DNA of 64,000 bases from Penicillus capitatus (GCA_965649825.1 OZ287694.1:1425197-1489196), one strand, 5' to 3'. Shown: positions 47,101 through 61,525, counted from the first letter of the stretch. A program made the numbers and translations. Notes: generated from the letters alone by a model not told the origin.

Positions 47101-47753
47101 GCAGGCGCAAATCTGCCATTTGAGGATGCAGTCTCCTCTCAAATCCAGAGTTTTTTTCGAGAGATGTCCTCGCGTCTAATGGAGTATGCAAGAGAAGTGG
47201 ATCATCAGTAATCTGTGAATCCTAGAGTACAAAGTGACTAAGAAACCCTAGCCTCCTGTATCTTGTCGTGTGGACAGAGGATAAGTATATAGCATCAATG
47301 TTTCCTTCTTCGAAGCATCTATCAGTCGCTCTTCCCGACAGTAGAAGGACGTAAGGTATGGCATGAACCTTAAATCGTTGATGTTGGATTCATTAGACAT
47401 TAATGAGAAGCAATCTTTGGGGATGGAGTCGAGGAGATGTGCAATCCAGAAAGCCAATCTTAAGTGTCCCAATGCTTACAGCTCTGTCCCGTTCCCGACG
47501 AGTAACAGGGAACTTGTAAACATTGGATTGAGAAACAGAGATTTCTGTCTTTGATCAAACTCATTGGCAGCAGACATGTACGTCACACGCACAGTTTATG
47601 TCCCAGATACGATTAACGGTCTGTTAACAAAACACAATCCTAAAAATGCCCAGAGCAAATGGTCATCGACCTTTGCTCTATCCAGCTAAGAGATGAGATC
47701 TTCCGATGGACTTTGTGCTCAACGCGGTGCGTTTGATTGTGTCACATAATTGC

Positions 47754-50296
47754 TCAACTGGAAGATGGACCATTCGCATCCAGTTTTTGAAGAATTTGGT
47801 ATATGGCAGTTTCCATTCTGTCCATTCTCTCCTCCACGTGACGCCTCCAGTTTTCTTCCTGCAGTTTGTTTTCTGTTGTCTCCTTGTCAATCTTCGAGCA
47901 ATGTGCTGCAAGTTCATCGATCTTCTTGTCTGTAAGTATGTGTTGCTCCTTCAACCTTCTCTTAATCTTCTGACCTTCAGACTTGATGGTTCTTTCCATC
48001 GCCACCAGTTTGCCATGCCATTCATCGTCGTGCGATTTTAGTTCATCGACTTCAGGGACCAGGAAATGAAAGTATCTTCCAGCCAGTTCGTTTGCAACAA
48101 CTTTACCAGTCATCCTCACACGTTTCGATGATGGAAGCCATCGACGACAACACGACAAAAAGTGTGCAACAATTAGAATCGGAAGGTCGCTGCACCACTA
48201 ACACACATTAACAGTCAGATTCAGATTCCGATTGTTCTTTAACGACTTACGATGGCCAAAGGTCTTGAGTAAAGAGAAACTGAAACCTGGCAATCAATCG
48301 AAGTCGGAGTCTTCGCAATTCCGCTTTCTCTTTTAATCGAACTCTGTCAAAGATATCTTGCACAATGGCGATCAGAACATTGATCAGCACGATCGGCAAA
48401 ATGTAGATGAATGAAGCAAACAGCACAGTGGCCCAAATCGCAAGACGGCTATTTGAAGATCGAAACATCTGCATCACCAAACGAGATCAGACATCAAAGA
48501 CACAGCTGGAGAAATTAGCAAAGACGTACTTCGACATCGAAGTTCCCGAGGCAGGCGTAGAGGAGGGTTTCAACTGCAGGCCCAAAAGAATTGAAGTTTT
48601 CTTCGTCATTTGCATTGAGCCCTTGTGTAAAGAGCACCACAAATGCTGATGAATACCCGACGATCAAAAGAATCATTAACAGCAGAAAACGCCAGGAGTC
48701 CAAAACGGCTGAAGTCGCCACCGAGACAAGCGTCCCGATTCGTTCAAACGGATGCCACGAGAGAAACATCTAGAGTGCACGAACAAACTCAGTGGGAGGC
48801 AGAAACGATTTGGTAAACACCTCCATCCATTGAACAATGATGATCAGAGACATCAGAAAGACGCTGTATTTAATGGAACGATCGTCGAAGCGAGTGCGAA
48901 GAATCCCCAAGGATAGAGAGATTTCCGTAAGGCAGATGCCAAGCCTACAGTCATCCATCTCAGAAACAGGCTAAAAGTATAAATAGGCAAGTGAATGCTG
49001 ACCTTCGAAAAGACCGGAGGTAAGCAGCTGATGTGGTTCGTAGACAGCAATAAGCAATGATCAGGCCCTCCTGAATTATCAAACTTGACTCCTTCTCCCC
49101 AAATGTGGAACTTGACTCTCCCGTTTCAATAAAAGATGTCATCGTCATGAAGATGATGGTAAGGGCCAGAGTGGCTAAGCCATCCATAATGATGCTGGCT
49201 TGATAATCAGAGCGATAAACTCGAAACCAGTGATCAATAAAGTTCAGCAGCGTCTCAGACTGGAAAACTTCGACGGATAGGCTCAGATTGCGAAGGTATT
49301 CGCAGAGATGTTGAGCACCCTCGATAATGTTACGTCGGCGCCGTAAAAACGATTGCCATGCATTCAGCTTCCGAGGTATCGAACGACTGATACAAAAGAC
49401 CTTTGCAGTGACCGTGATCTGTGGATCTGTGGTGCTGCCAATAGAGTGACCCTCTTCTTCCCAGTGCTCGATCCATAAACCCTTTCCCTGCTCGCCATCC
49501 ATAGCTTCCCAGTTGTCCGGTATCGTCATCGTGATCATAGTTTTTGCAAACTTACTGTTGTTGTCAAAAAGAACCTTCGGCATTCGAAAGCTGGCATAGT
49601 CGATGGTGAACTTATCATTCCTGAGCAGATCTGCCAACACATCGGGACGCCTTTCGCCAATGACGGGCAGGTGTTTCGCCAGGAGGTCACTCGTTTCTTC
49701 GACACAAGCGTATTTTTCTGTGAGCTTGTCCAGAACGAATCTGACACTCTCGTATGTATCGCTCTCGATTGCCCAGAGCAGCAGATCTTCTCCCTCTGTT
49801 CGAAAGATCACGGCGATCCCTTCGTTCTTTGCGTAGTCGAGCAGCATCTCTGCACAGTCGTATTGACCTTTTCTGATGGCATCCCAATAAATGGGACATC
49901 CGTCTTCGACTATGGCATCGAGGACATCGATTCCGTGCTGGGAGATGATCCTGTCCGTCAAACAGAACGAGCAGTGAAAGGTAGGTCGAAACGCGCAATG
50001 CTGCGCACCGGTCTACGTCTTCCGGCTTCCATGCCAACGGCGGTTCGATAACGAGACGCAGTTCGTTCGATGAACCGCTGCCTTCTCCTAAAGCAACGCA
50101 TCGTCGCACATCCTTCAGTCGAAAGACGAAGAAGTTATGAGTGGCTTCAACAAACCTGAGTCGGAGATTGCGTTGCCTGCGGCGGCTCCATCACCAAATT
50201 CCGTTCGGGTATCTGCCGCCGCAATAAAGGCAGTCTCGGTTCGTCATTCCCTTCGCTTGAAGCGATATCAGCCGTCGTCGAAAATATTGAACCCAT
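47754..50296 (-). CDS. TRP-like cation channel, subtype E copy 2; 1-nt deletion at the end of exon 1 (possible pseudogene or alternative acceptor)
   Basis: Exon 1 is 141 nt versus 142 nt in E1. Downstream exons are open. Pore LLYACLGNFDVE, S6 LPIVLINVLIAIVQDIFDRV. Confidence 0.75.
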
Positions 50297-51129
50297 CTGG
50301 GAGCAGTCGCAAAAAGGAAGGGCGAATGGTGCTTAAAAAAGGCGGAAAGTGTGGCAGCGCGCACAGGATCACTGTTATTTGGAACCAGCCGCGCAGTCCT
50401 TCACGCGGCCGCATCATTGCCATTTGATGCAGCATCAACGCTACGTCTACACGTATCTCAAGCTGAATCGAGCAGAGGCAAAGATAAGACCTGCAACGAA
50501 CTCTGTGCGACGTGTCATCCGACTTGGGTCGCTCATGGAGTCGATAGACTGCCTTGCAGCTCATGATTCAGCAGACACAGATGAAGAATTCCAAGCTCCT
50601 CACATGCGTCGAAGAAAAAAGACAAATTACTGAGCTCGGCAATGACGGCCTCGCACATCCGCGTCTTCCAGGAGCTCGGTGTCCACCCAAGGAACGAATT
50701 ACGTTCTGACGCAGAGCTGTGTTTGCTGGCATGGCCACATCCAATGGGCACAGTGGAATCTGCCGAGAAACACTCCAGCAAGAGAAGTCGAAAGTTTGGC
50801 ATCTTGGGTTCAGATCAGCAAACGATTGCTTCTCCTTTTGAAATCGTCACATCGATCCTGCGAACATGAATGGACTTTCTCTCATCGTCGTGGTCAATAC
50901 AGTCTAGTTACTGTAATGCACACAGAGGATCTGACAATTTTTGAACTTGAATGTGTGAGAAGCGCGCTTTTTGGCTGCCATATCATCTGATCTGGTCGCG
51001 ACAGCGGGAGTAGAACGCGTGACGTGACTAATCTCGCTGGTTTCACATAATGGCGTCGAAGTTACATAAGCGTCTCCCAGAGAATGTTCTTCAACAGTTG
51101 CAGCTTAGCTTATTGCATTCCCATCCTTA

Positions 51130-52328
51130 TCAGATCTTTGTCTGAGTTCCTTGGAAGAGAACGGTCCCGTCTGTTTCGTCCACAATGAAATAGAGGTAAG
51201 GACGGTCGACGATGATGTTGAACGGAGGAGGACCTATGACTGCGGATGTGGCTACAGCAATGATTGCCGTCGCCGCTGCTGCTTCCGTCCCCTACAAGCA
51301 TCATCACTCATCACTGAGATCGCAAAAGAATCGCGACCTCTTCATCCACAATGATCTTGGCCTTGTGAATGACGTCGGAGATCGCCAACGACTCGTCCTT
51401 TGTGATTCCAGAGAAATCCGCCGCAGACGAGAAGGCTGTCGACAGGCCGAGCTTCATTAGCATGTCGTTCAGAGGCTCCAGCGTCTGCTCCATTTCCCAC
51501 TTGGGCATCTTGAGCAGATCGACTTTCCGCTCGACGAACCCGCTGCCAAACAGTGAGCTGATTTGCTTCCCGAGACCCCGTTCCGCTGTCTTCCATCCGT
51601 CGAGCTTGTTCGGCAGCAGGACGTACATCGTGAATGCATCGCCCTCGTACGGCAAGGCAAACAGAACGGCGTCCAGAGCATCCACATCCTTGACGCGAAA
51701 TCTCTTATCCCTCAGCGACATGAAGGGCACCGTCTGGTCGCCGCCGATTGCATGGAAGGTGTCGTCTATTGTCCCGTCTACGGGGAAGCGCGTCTTCCAG
51801 CTTCCCTTGAAGTAGAGGGCGTTGACGGCGACGAGGACAGTGTCAGGCGAGAGGACTCCTCGTGGAATGAGATCCGGAATCAGCCCTGCCGTTCTCTGAC
51901 TGACCCATGCATTGATTCGGACGCGGACGTCTTCGAAGGCTCGAAGAAAATCCACCGATTCGACGTTCGCCGACCCGATGCTCGACACGTAGGCGTCCTC
52001 GAGGGTCACAGACTGTTCGACATAGATGCGGTTCGCCATCTTCGCCACGGAGTCGCCAGAGTACTTCGTCAGTTTGGACGTGAGGTCGCCTCTGACGCGT
52101 TCATCCTGGACACAAGTATTCGAGGCGCGTCGAACGTCGGGGAGAGCTTACATCGAAATCGAAGAGCTTCTCGAGTTCGGTCTTGGTTCTGCCTCGAGCA
52201 CCGTTGTAGACGAGGAGGAAACATACGGCTATGGACAGTGGAGAGAAGATGAGGTTATCGTCTATGTGTTGCGGTCGCCATTCGGACAGGAGTTTCTGCC
52301 CGAAAGCATTCACCGAGTTCGTCGTCAT
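51130..52328 (-). CDS. Serpin, copy 2
   Basis: Near-identical to copy 1 (LIPRG vs LIATG, KQISS vs KQVGS), with an identical reactive centre loop. Confidence 0.96.
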
Positions 52329-54035
52329 GGTGCGAACGATTTTCGGCGGAAATCTTCCAGAATATATTCTTTCTGAACGAACTTGGGAGAAATACCGTCG
52401 CGGAGCAAATAAACGAGGATGGTCTATGAGGATGGATATTGGCCGTAACAGCTGTTTTTATAGGCCGATTCTGAGGTGACCCCGGAAGCTAACAATCCTC
52501 GCTTACGGTGCGACAGCGCAGCTGCCAGCTGTCCACTTCTACATTGACAAACGCAGAGCAAAGCCATCGCTCCTGCTCAGTGTCTTCTAGAACCTCCCAG
52601 GTATCTCACATAAGTGTGACACGTGTACAGTAGATAGAGCTTAGAGACCTGCAGGACTGACTGCTTACTGTAAGAGAGGACAGCTGTCACTATCGAATTT
52701 GACGACTCTGTTGTGATCCCTGGTAGTAACGGCATGTCTTTAGCTATCGATAAATGACGGTGTCGCGCAGCTAAGAGACGCTATTGCTGCTGACGGGTTG
52801 ATGAGTTTGATGCTGTAATGAGCATCCAGACTGCATGCGGATACATGACGGCGTCGTGCCATTCTGTCGAGCTGGTCACCTTATTATTTGTTGCTGTCAT
52901 CGCCTTTTGCCAAGTCGGAACGGAAATGGCGAGATCGCAGAGAACGACCGAAGGGGCTTCGGTAGGCAAGTACATTTTGTCTGTAACCTGATTCTATTGC
53001 CTACAAGTGTTCGTCCCATGACGACGTGATTAATCACAAAGTCAGCAGGCAACCGCCTCTGTGATCTACTATGGAGACACTAGGCTTGCGATTCTATTAT
53101 AACACGGGCCTCACTTTTTGCGACGGTACCGGAGTCTGCAAGAATACCTTGGAAAGGATCTCTTTCCTGTCATGAGAACGTCGAATGGTCCCCATTGCGG
53201 TGAAATTGGAAGAAACTGCAAATCTACGAGACTCCATTGTTCCTTGTTGCCGCATTGGTGTTTGCATGCCGTCGACAGGCCTCTGCTAAGACGAGCTCGT
53301 TTTCAATCTTTCTACAATTGGCTTGCGCAAATACACACGAAGCTCTCGCCTCTGGAGACTGCCAATCATTCGCTGGCTCTACCGATGGCGACAAATGGTG
53401 ATGATTACGACAATACTCGTGTCCATGCGCCAACGACTGTCGGCATTTAATGATACTAACTCTTACGTGCCTCTGGAGAGCAATGAACATGTGATGCAAG
53501 GAACTCTGTCATTTAAACAGCTTCCCCCATCTATATCGAATCTCTGCCATGGCAAATCCAAGGTTCCCTGAATAGCAGTGTGCGTTCGCACAGTGACTAC
53601 TGTAGAATCCTCACAAAGGATGATGTGTATCCGAGGAGATGTCGATGGCAATACCGAACGTGAGAGCAACTCAAACTGCTCTTCGTGGCACCGATCGATG
53701 ATAGCCTTCGTGGCATCGCTGTCGGGGAAAATTCTTTGCTCTGTGTCCACTTACAATAACCGCATCTGACTGTCTGGTGTCACGAGAACAAGAGAATCAA
53801 CGATCGAATACAGAAGAATGCAGCTTCGAAAAGTGACAAGAAAAGACGACATCGAATCGTCGTCGTTTAATGGAGTTCGCCCAAAAGTAAAGTCGATATT
53901 GCTGAATGTACATCAGATAATGACGAATAAATAAAACGCCACGCTGTCAGCCGTCGTCATCGACGAAACGCGTTCGTGTTTCTCCGTGCTCGACAATACT
54001 ATTCTCTCCGTTAACGCCTCAGACGGAAAAGCAGA

Positions 54036-56610
54036 ATGTCCTCATCGCGTCAAGAGACCGAGGAAATGGAAGAAAGCTTGTTGCCAACCGAACACGAAGG
54101 TTCTTTCGAGGCTTCTACGTCGCGGCTGCAAGACGATTCACAACGTCAAATGTCGACATCATCGACAAGAACCGACGAAGACGAGCATCATGAAGAGGAG
54201 ACTTTGAATGGTGAGCATGCAACCCGCCAAATTCTTCGACTGCCGGTCAAGAAGGTGACGGTTGCGTGCTGCCACAGATGACGGCGGCGCCGTCTCCAGC
54301 GAAACGGGAAGATGGTTTCTTGAGCCTCCGTCGGAGTGGACACTGGAGAGCACCAAGCGGTAAACATCGTTTCTGTTGCTGCTGCATGGTTGTGGAACCT
54401 CTTGCAAACTGGACAGACTCATAACTGAACATGGGACTCGAATCGTCCATGCTGTTGATGTAAAAGGATCGCCGATTTTCTGGAATGCTGTGGAACGAAA
54501 TCAGTTTGAGTGTGCAAACATGCTCCTGGATTATGCAAAGAGCAATGGGGTAGCCGTGACGTTCAAATGCGAAGATGGCAATCTGCTGTCAAAGGCTGTC
54601 AAAAGCAGATCTGAACCCCACGTCGAGTTCATTCTGGACAAACTGACAAGGAAGTATGCGACTGTGTCAGAGACAATCGAACTGCTGGAATCGCATCTTC
54701 TAAACCTCACCGACAACTTTCCAAAGCTCGCACTCCGTTTCCTAAAAGAGGGCGACTTCGCAGTGGAGTACGCCAGGCTCGAAGTGCCAAGGGCTCTGTT
54801 CGGCAGAGACGGACATACTCCAGTTGTGATGTATGTTCATGAGGAACAGAATCCTGTAAGCTGGATTCCTATGGACAGTGGAGCAGCAAAGGAGCTCTGG
54901 AAGCAGGGGAGTGATTACACCAAGCAATTGTCGGACACCACGAGTCAGCAGATCAAAGTGGTCGCAAAGTTCTCATGCATTAGTCACGGGAGTTTCTTTG
55001 CCGTCTACGGAAGGAAGTATGTCTATAATGAGTATTAGTGTTCGACTAGATTGGGTGTTCTGGCGCAGCTTGCAAGAATCTGGTTTGGTGCGTTTTCATG
55101 TTCTTGGCGTGACAGACGTTGCAGACCTTTTCAAATCGACGACATCCAGAATCTACGTCGACTGGGCATTCAGATTTTGCCGCAACCCGTATACTCTGGG
55201 CGTCGTGCTGGATGTCGTGGTTGCCGCGACGTTCACAACCTTTGCTGTCATGTACAAACACCAGCATGGCCAGGCCATGTCAATCCACCGTGGAACTCCA
55301 ATAGCACTCATAGCTGTGCCGTGCCTTGCGAATCTACTGGGAATCTTCTGCTCCTTCTCAGCACTGAGGTAAGACGCACCAATGATCTTCATGCTTCTTT
55401 TGCTTTGATGTTTGCATACAGGATCACTATGTTTATCATCGATCTTGTACTCCTCGTACACACATGTATCACTGTCTCTCACACCACGTTCTCTGCTTTT
55501 ACGGCATCTGTCGGATGTATCCTCTGCTGGCTCGTGGTAAGATCCATTAATAAGTGTTTCCCGAACGTTTTGCGACAATGAGATGGTTGTCGTTGACTTA
55601 GTTTTTTCGGACTCTTCGACCATATGGTCGATTTGGACCTTTCGTTTCGATGGTGGGCTACGCAGTGATTGACTCCCTACCGTTTGCGATGATGGGCTTA
55701 CTGCTGATGCTTGGATACTCCGCAGCATTCGTAGTTCTTTTCGACGATGACCTTGCTCACGACAGCGACGACAACTTCGATACCCTTTTTCACGCCATAC
55801 AATCGCTGTTTCACGCCGGCCTCGGGAACTTTGAAACAGACGTAAGTTCTGCTAAAGATGAACTTTCATGACATTATCCAGTGAAGCCATTCTGGTGCAG
55901 ATGCTTCACCCTGCCAGTGGATTTCTCACAATCTGGAGAGCCCTGCTGTTTAACTCCTTCATCTACACAGGACCGATTGTCCTCATGAGTCTGCTTGTTT
56001 CTATCTTAACTGATACCCATGACAGAGTTCGTTCCGAAGAGGAAGTCGAACAGTCGATGTACCGACTGCAAGCATTACTTGACTGCATTATGGCTCGTGC
56101 AGTTGTTAAGTGGTAGGACCATTCAGATTCGGTCGAAAAGCCGAATCGTGTTACCAGATGTGGTTTCGTTTGTAGGTGTTTGAAGCCTACTTTCCGTCGC
56201 AGGCCCATTGTATGGACAAAGGACTTTGTGCGATGGTTGAAAGTTGACGGACCCAGAGGATTTCGCATGCCGGAGAAAAGTTATTTTCATCATCTGGTTC
56301 CCGAAGCCGCTGAAGAAGGATCTTCTGCTGGAGCGTGGCATGGTAAACTCGACGCACTCGACAGAACGATCAAGTCTGAAGCTGGAAAGAATAAGAAAGC
56401 TCTTGAAGGTTAGATCATTACCTAAAGCCAAAGGTCCGTCTACTGGCGAGATGTTGTTGTTCAGAGATCAATCAGAAAACGACAGACGTGTATGGTGCAC
56501 TGTTCGAGAGAATGAGAAGCTTAGAAGAGAGTGTGGGTGAGATGAAGGCCCAGTCGAGTAACTTGAAAGAGAGCGTGGACGAGATGAAAACGTTGATCAG
56601 AAACCTGTGA
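54036..56610 (+). CDS. TRP-like cation channel, subtype D copy 2
   Basis: Near-identical to D1, with a few substitutions mostly in the N-terminal half. Confidence 0.85.
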
Positions 56611-56979
56611 GATTCGTAAAGATCTGAACCGAGCTCACTCTAAAACTTGCCTAGAGCCTGCACCATTCTGCTCATCTGAGCCTTCTTTCCCTCGTTTTGT
56701 TTTTCTTTCTCAAGCTGCTGCGCTTAAAGGAAAGTTACTTCTAATATGTCCAATGAAATTTTCGTGTCAGGCATGCGACGCCCTGCTGGTTATGACATGG
56801 GAAGCACTTCCCGTTGGGATTTTGTTGTGGTCATGCATTTCATTGTTTCCTGTATTCATCATTGTAGAGATGCAACAGATAAATCTCCATTGACATTACC
56901 TGGAAGTGAAACGAATGAACGGCACTGAATTCTTAATGGCAATCTGCAAGAGTGTTGTCTGAAGTGTGTCCACGTGATC

Positions 56980-59618
56980 TGTCATGATGATGAAGCGCCG
57001 AAGGATGATTATCTAAGAACTGCCTCATCATCATAAGAGGCAACGATGGCCAGTAGCTATTAATGGCCACGTCACATCAGAACCTACCCAGCACCTACCC
57101 AGCACCTACTTAGCACCTAGGAAACCCAACATTATAAAAAGGGGATTATTGTCACATTGATCGTCTTTTGTAAGAAACCTTGTTGCGTCTTCCACCGCCA
57201 CGTACCTGTCCATATCAAAATGGTTTCGGAGCTGCGACTCTCGAAGATGGACCGTGACGCGTTCACGTCCCTGCTCAACGCCGCAGCATTCGTCGAAGAC
57301 GACTACCGCCCCCGCATCAAATATGTGGTGCAGAGACTGGAACCTAGATCGCCGGCATTTGACATCGTGCGGCAAGTGCTCGAAAGGGTCGAGCCACACT
57401 TCGACGGATTGGCCGCCTTTAACACGGCTTTTGCTGGACCGGATGCCACGATTTGTGCTTTCTATGCCGATAACCTAGGACAGATCGGGACGAGTCACAA
57501 GTGGCGAATCGTGAAGGAGCTCGTGACTGGAGCATGCCCATCCCCCACACTCTCAGACGAGGAGCGACTCGGGCAAATGACCAGGGCAAAGGGGGAAACG
57601 TGGCTGGTTTTTGTCGACAGGTATCGGGCTACCTGTCTGGCGACGGCAGCGTCGAGAGAGACGCAAGTGAAGACGTTGTACCGAAGGCTTCCGGCAAACC
57701 TTCGGAGACTGATGCTCTCATTGCCGTCCGCAGCAACAGTAGCGGACATGAGCACTGTCCTCAGGAACGCAAGTTTCTGGGAATCCAGCGCCGCGTCGAG
57801 GACGGAGGCAGACGAGGATGTTGTGGATGTCGACATGGGCATGGTACAGGCCAATGTTGCTGCCACAAATGGGAAGGTCGTAGGACGCGACGGGGCGATT
57901 AACTTTGCTGCAATCACCAATGCAGGCAGAGTCATGGTAGGGGCTCGAGAAATCTGCAAGACATCGCGCCGCGAAGCCCTGGACATGTTACGATTTCTTC
58001 AGCGAATCTGCAACGTCGGAGACGGTTCGGCAGGAAGGGTAAAGCACGTGGATGGCGTGGCGAACGTCATCGCTGACCTCCTCAGTCGAAGCCCTTGGTG
58101 GAGGCACACCCTGGAAAGACCTACAACGACCGAAGCTCCCGCGCTTGCGGCCACCGCACACCACAACTCCTGGCCAGTGTGGTACCTGCAGATGGAAGAT
58201 TATCTGAAAACAGGGCGATGTCCCGATGACGCCTCCCCCCAGCAGCGGGCGCGTCTCAAGCACCGCGCAACCTTTTTTCGCCTTCGCCATGAACGCCTGG
58301 AATACTCCGCCGACGGACTTCTATGGACGCCTTGCTGTCTAGACAAGCAGGCCATTCCTCAGTGGCTGGCCAGAGCACACGAAGAAGGCGGACACTACGG
58401 TATCCAGACCACCACTCGGAAGTTACAGGAAATGATCTATTTCCCCGACGCTCCATCTCACGTGGACCGGTGGGTACGTAGCTGTCCCCAGTGCCAACAC
58501 TTTGCCCGCCACGATCCACCCGTCACGCAGTCATTCAACACATGGCAACACATGAACCAGTGCGTAGGCCTGGACGTCATCGGCCCCATGAAGCCCGACG
58601 GCGCTTCAAAATACATCATCGCCGCAGTAGACCTCTGCACACGATTTTGCCTACTCTCGTCCTCCTCGCAGGCCAACGCGACATCCATCATCAAACTGCT
58701 CGAGCGCTGGACAGCCCTCTTCGGCAACCCCGATTGTCTGCAGACGGACAACGATTCAGCGTTCGTAGGCAATCAGGTGTCCAACTGGATGTCGGCCCGA
58801 GGAATCCAACGCCGCACCATCCCAACATATCGACCACAGTGCAAAGGGACCGTCGAGCGTCTCAATCAAGAAGTCATCCGCCGCCTCCAACGCCTTCAAA
58901 CTCAAGGCAAATGGGCATCAGCTCTTCCCCAGATTCAGGCGATGCTTAATGCGCATCCGAATTCGGTGACCAAACTCAGCGCCGCGCAGACCGCCTTCGG
59001 TTATCAACCCCGCACGCACTCCCTTCCCGCGCCACCCACTTCCGCCGCGACACCTTGCTCTGATGAACCTCATCCAGTACGACACCGCGACCTTCTTGCT
59101 ACTCGTTGGACCGCAATCGACCACCAGATGCAGCACCAGCAACAACACCAACTGTCCCAATCTCACCGTTGCTCCGACCTCCTAGTCGGCTCCCAGGTGC
59201 TCCTCTTTGACCATCGCGCAAAAACGCACGGCAACAAGCTCACTCCGCAATGGCAAGGACCGTACACCGTCCACGCTAAATTTTCTCCCCAACTTTACCG
59301 TCTCGTTTCTTCTTCTTCCAAGAAACCCTTTCTCGCGCATCGCGACCATTTACGCCGTTTCTTCCGTCGGAGTTCAACGCAGGGAAGCGATTGTCATGAT
59401 GATGAAGCGCCGAAGGATGATTATCTAAGAACTGCCTCATCATCATAAGAGGCAACGATGGCCAGTAGCTATTAATGGCCACGTCACATCAGAACCTACC
59501 CAGCACCTACCCAGCACCTAGGAAACCCAACATTATAAAAAGGGGATTATTGTCACATTGATTATCTTTTGTAAGAAACCTTGTTGCGTCTTCCACCGCC
59601 ACGTACCTGTCCATATCA
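56980..59618 (+). mobile_element. Ty3/Gypsy-type Gag-IN element, copy 2 (LTRs 56980-57217 and 59392-59618; ORF 57220-59448)
   Basis: Same TSD, LTR variants, flanks and ORF translation as copy 1. No differences were seen on inspection. Confidence 0.95.
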
Positions 59619-61525
59619 GATCGCGTCGCGGGAGCCAATCCTTTAGCGAATCGAGACTTGTGCGCATACATGCAGTGCTTACGAAGAGAGAAGCAGAACG
59701 TCTTACCCGTTTGAGGATTAGGATTCTATGATACAGAAGCGCATTCTGGGCAATGCGTCATCTGCAGTGATAATGCCTTCTACTATTGCTCCGCTGCGTA
59801 GTACGATGCACTCTGCGCTGCACGATGTATATAGGATTGTTTGATGGTGCAGATATTATATGAGACGAAAGGAGTTGACAGCGACGCTGACTGATTAGCA
59901 CGTCAAAATCAGCGAGAATGCCTTTGTGGTCTTCGGCTCAAACGGCCAGTCGACCCGTACACGTTACCTGTTGGGAACACGGCTTAACGAGTACAATAAC
60001 TGAAGATGGCGGCGCAGATCACGCAATGTGGATTCTCGCATAGGGGTCACGTCGCGTAGGACACAGAGTTGCCACTGCTTCAAGCGGTTGCGCTTCTGAT
60101 TCGGCTTAGGAACAAAGGATCGTTGAGAACGATCGACTCCACGCAAAACGCGCGTGCGTGTTTTGCCGTAGAATAAATGCCTTGTACGTTCGCAATGTCT
60201 CTGCCCCTTAAGCGTCGATGTTTCTACAGTGACGCACTCTGACGTGACGCTTCATTTGCAAACAAGCATTCTCCTTCTGATGGCTCATTGCGCATGTTGT
60301 GTCTAAGTGGAATTGTATCCAGCCATGCGAAGCGCTGCCCTGAAAACAGGCGTCGCGTTTTCAAAACCGACCGGTCTCTGTCTGTTGGCGCTAATGCAAT
60401 ACCACTTAAAACGCCTTCCACCAACGCCACTTGGAGATCCTCCCGATTAGCAAGCGCAGAAAAGACATCTGGAATCCAGAACACTCCTAGGAAGACATGA
60501 TCGAGCATGTGTGCGACTTCCATTGAGAATCTCTTTACGGCTAGTCGATTCTTTGAAACATGTCGCGAAGAACACGCTCTAATGGAACGTTTTCATTAAT
60601 CCGCAGTGGCAAAGAATCACAGAAATGTCATCGCACGGGGACAGCAGCCGCTCTTTGTTCTAAAAAAGAATTGTGGGTGCTGAAGAAAACAAGACAGCAC
60701 GGCGATGTCGACGTGCAAAGATGATGAACGTGTGGAAGTCTCCTGGGGCCAAACGTTTTCCCTCTCATTGCCATCCAAACAGCGAGATTTTACGAACACG
60801 CTTAATACTCTGCTTGCCAGCGATTCTCGATCGTCAGTTAGTCTTGATCCACCATTCAACTGTCGCAGGTCGACAATCTCTTGAAAACTCCGTACTTTAT
60901 CTCACGAAACGCGAGATTGCCTTGTCGTTCTTACGCAAGGTTCGTTTCAGGATAGTACAGAGCAGATTCGACAATGCGTGCAAGCTTATGAACGCATCCG
61001 ATCCGGACTGGAAACCGTCAGTTGGACGCCATCGACATCTGCAGTCGCGGCGAGTCGGATAGGATGAGGAACTCCATGCCGCTCACTGTTTGCAAGAGTG
61101 TGTCTCGAGAATAAGTTCATCAAGCCCGTCATGTGTTGTCGTACCTGGATGAAGAACTCGCCAACGCAGATCGCGTCTCGAGTGACAGCTCAGACCTAGC
61201 AGAATCACTAAACGAATGCGAACGTCCTCTTCCAACAGTGTCGGCTTTGCGAGACGTTAGTCGTACAGGACATTGGATGGCGGCAATAGGCGGAGATCCT
61301 TTGAGTCCATGCGACTGCGAAATTAAACGCGGGTCGCCGTCGTACGAATAGGCGTATGCATTCATTGGTTGCTGTTGATGGCGACAGCCGTCGTTAAAAC
61401 ACTGCTGACTCAGACGCGGTCATTATTCCGCGGGCGGGACAAAGCAGCTTTATATTGACACTCACCTGTGCTACCGCGAAAACTATCGAGCCGAAGTTGG
61501 TGGAACGACAAATTGCTCAGCACAC

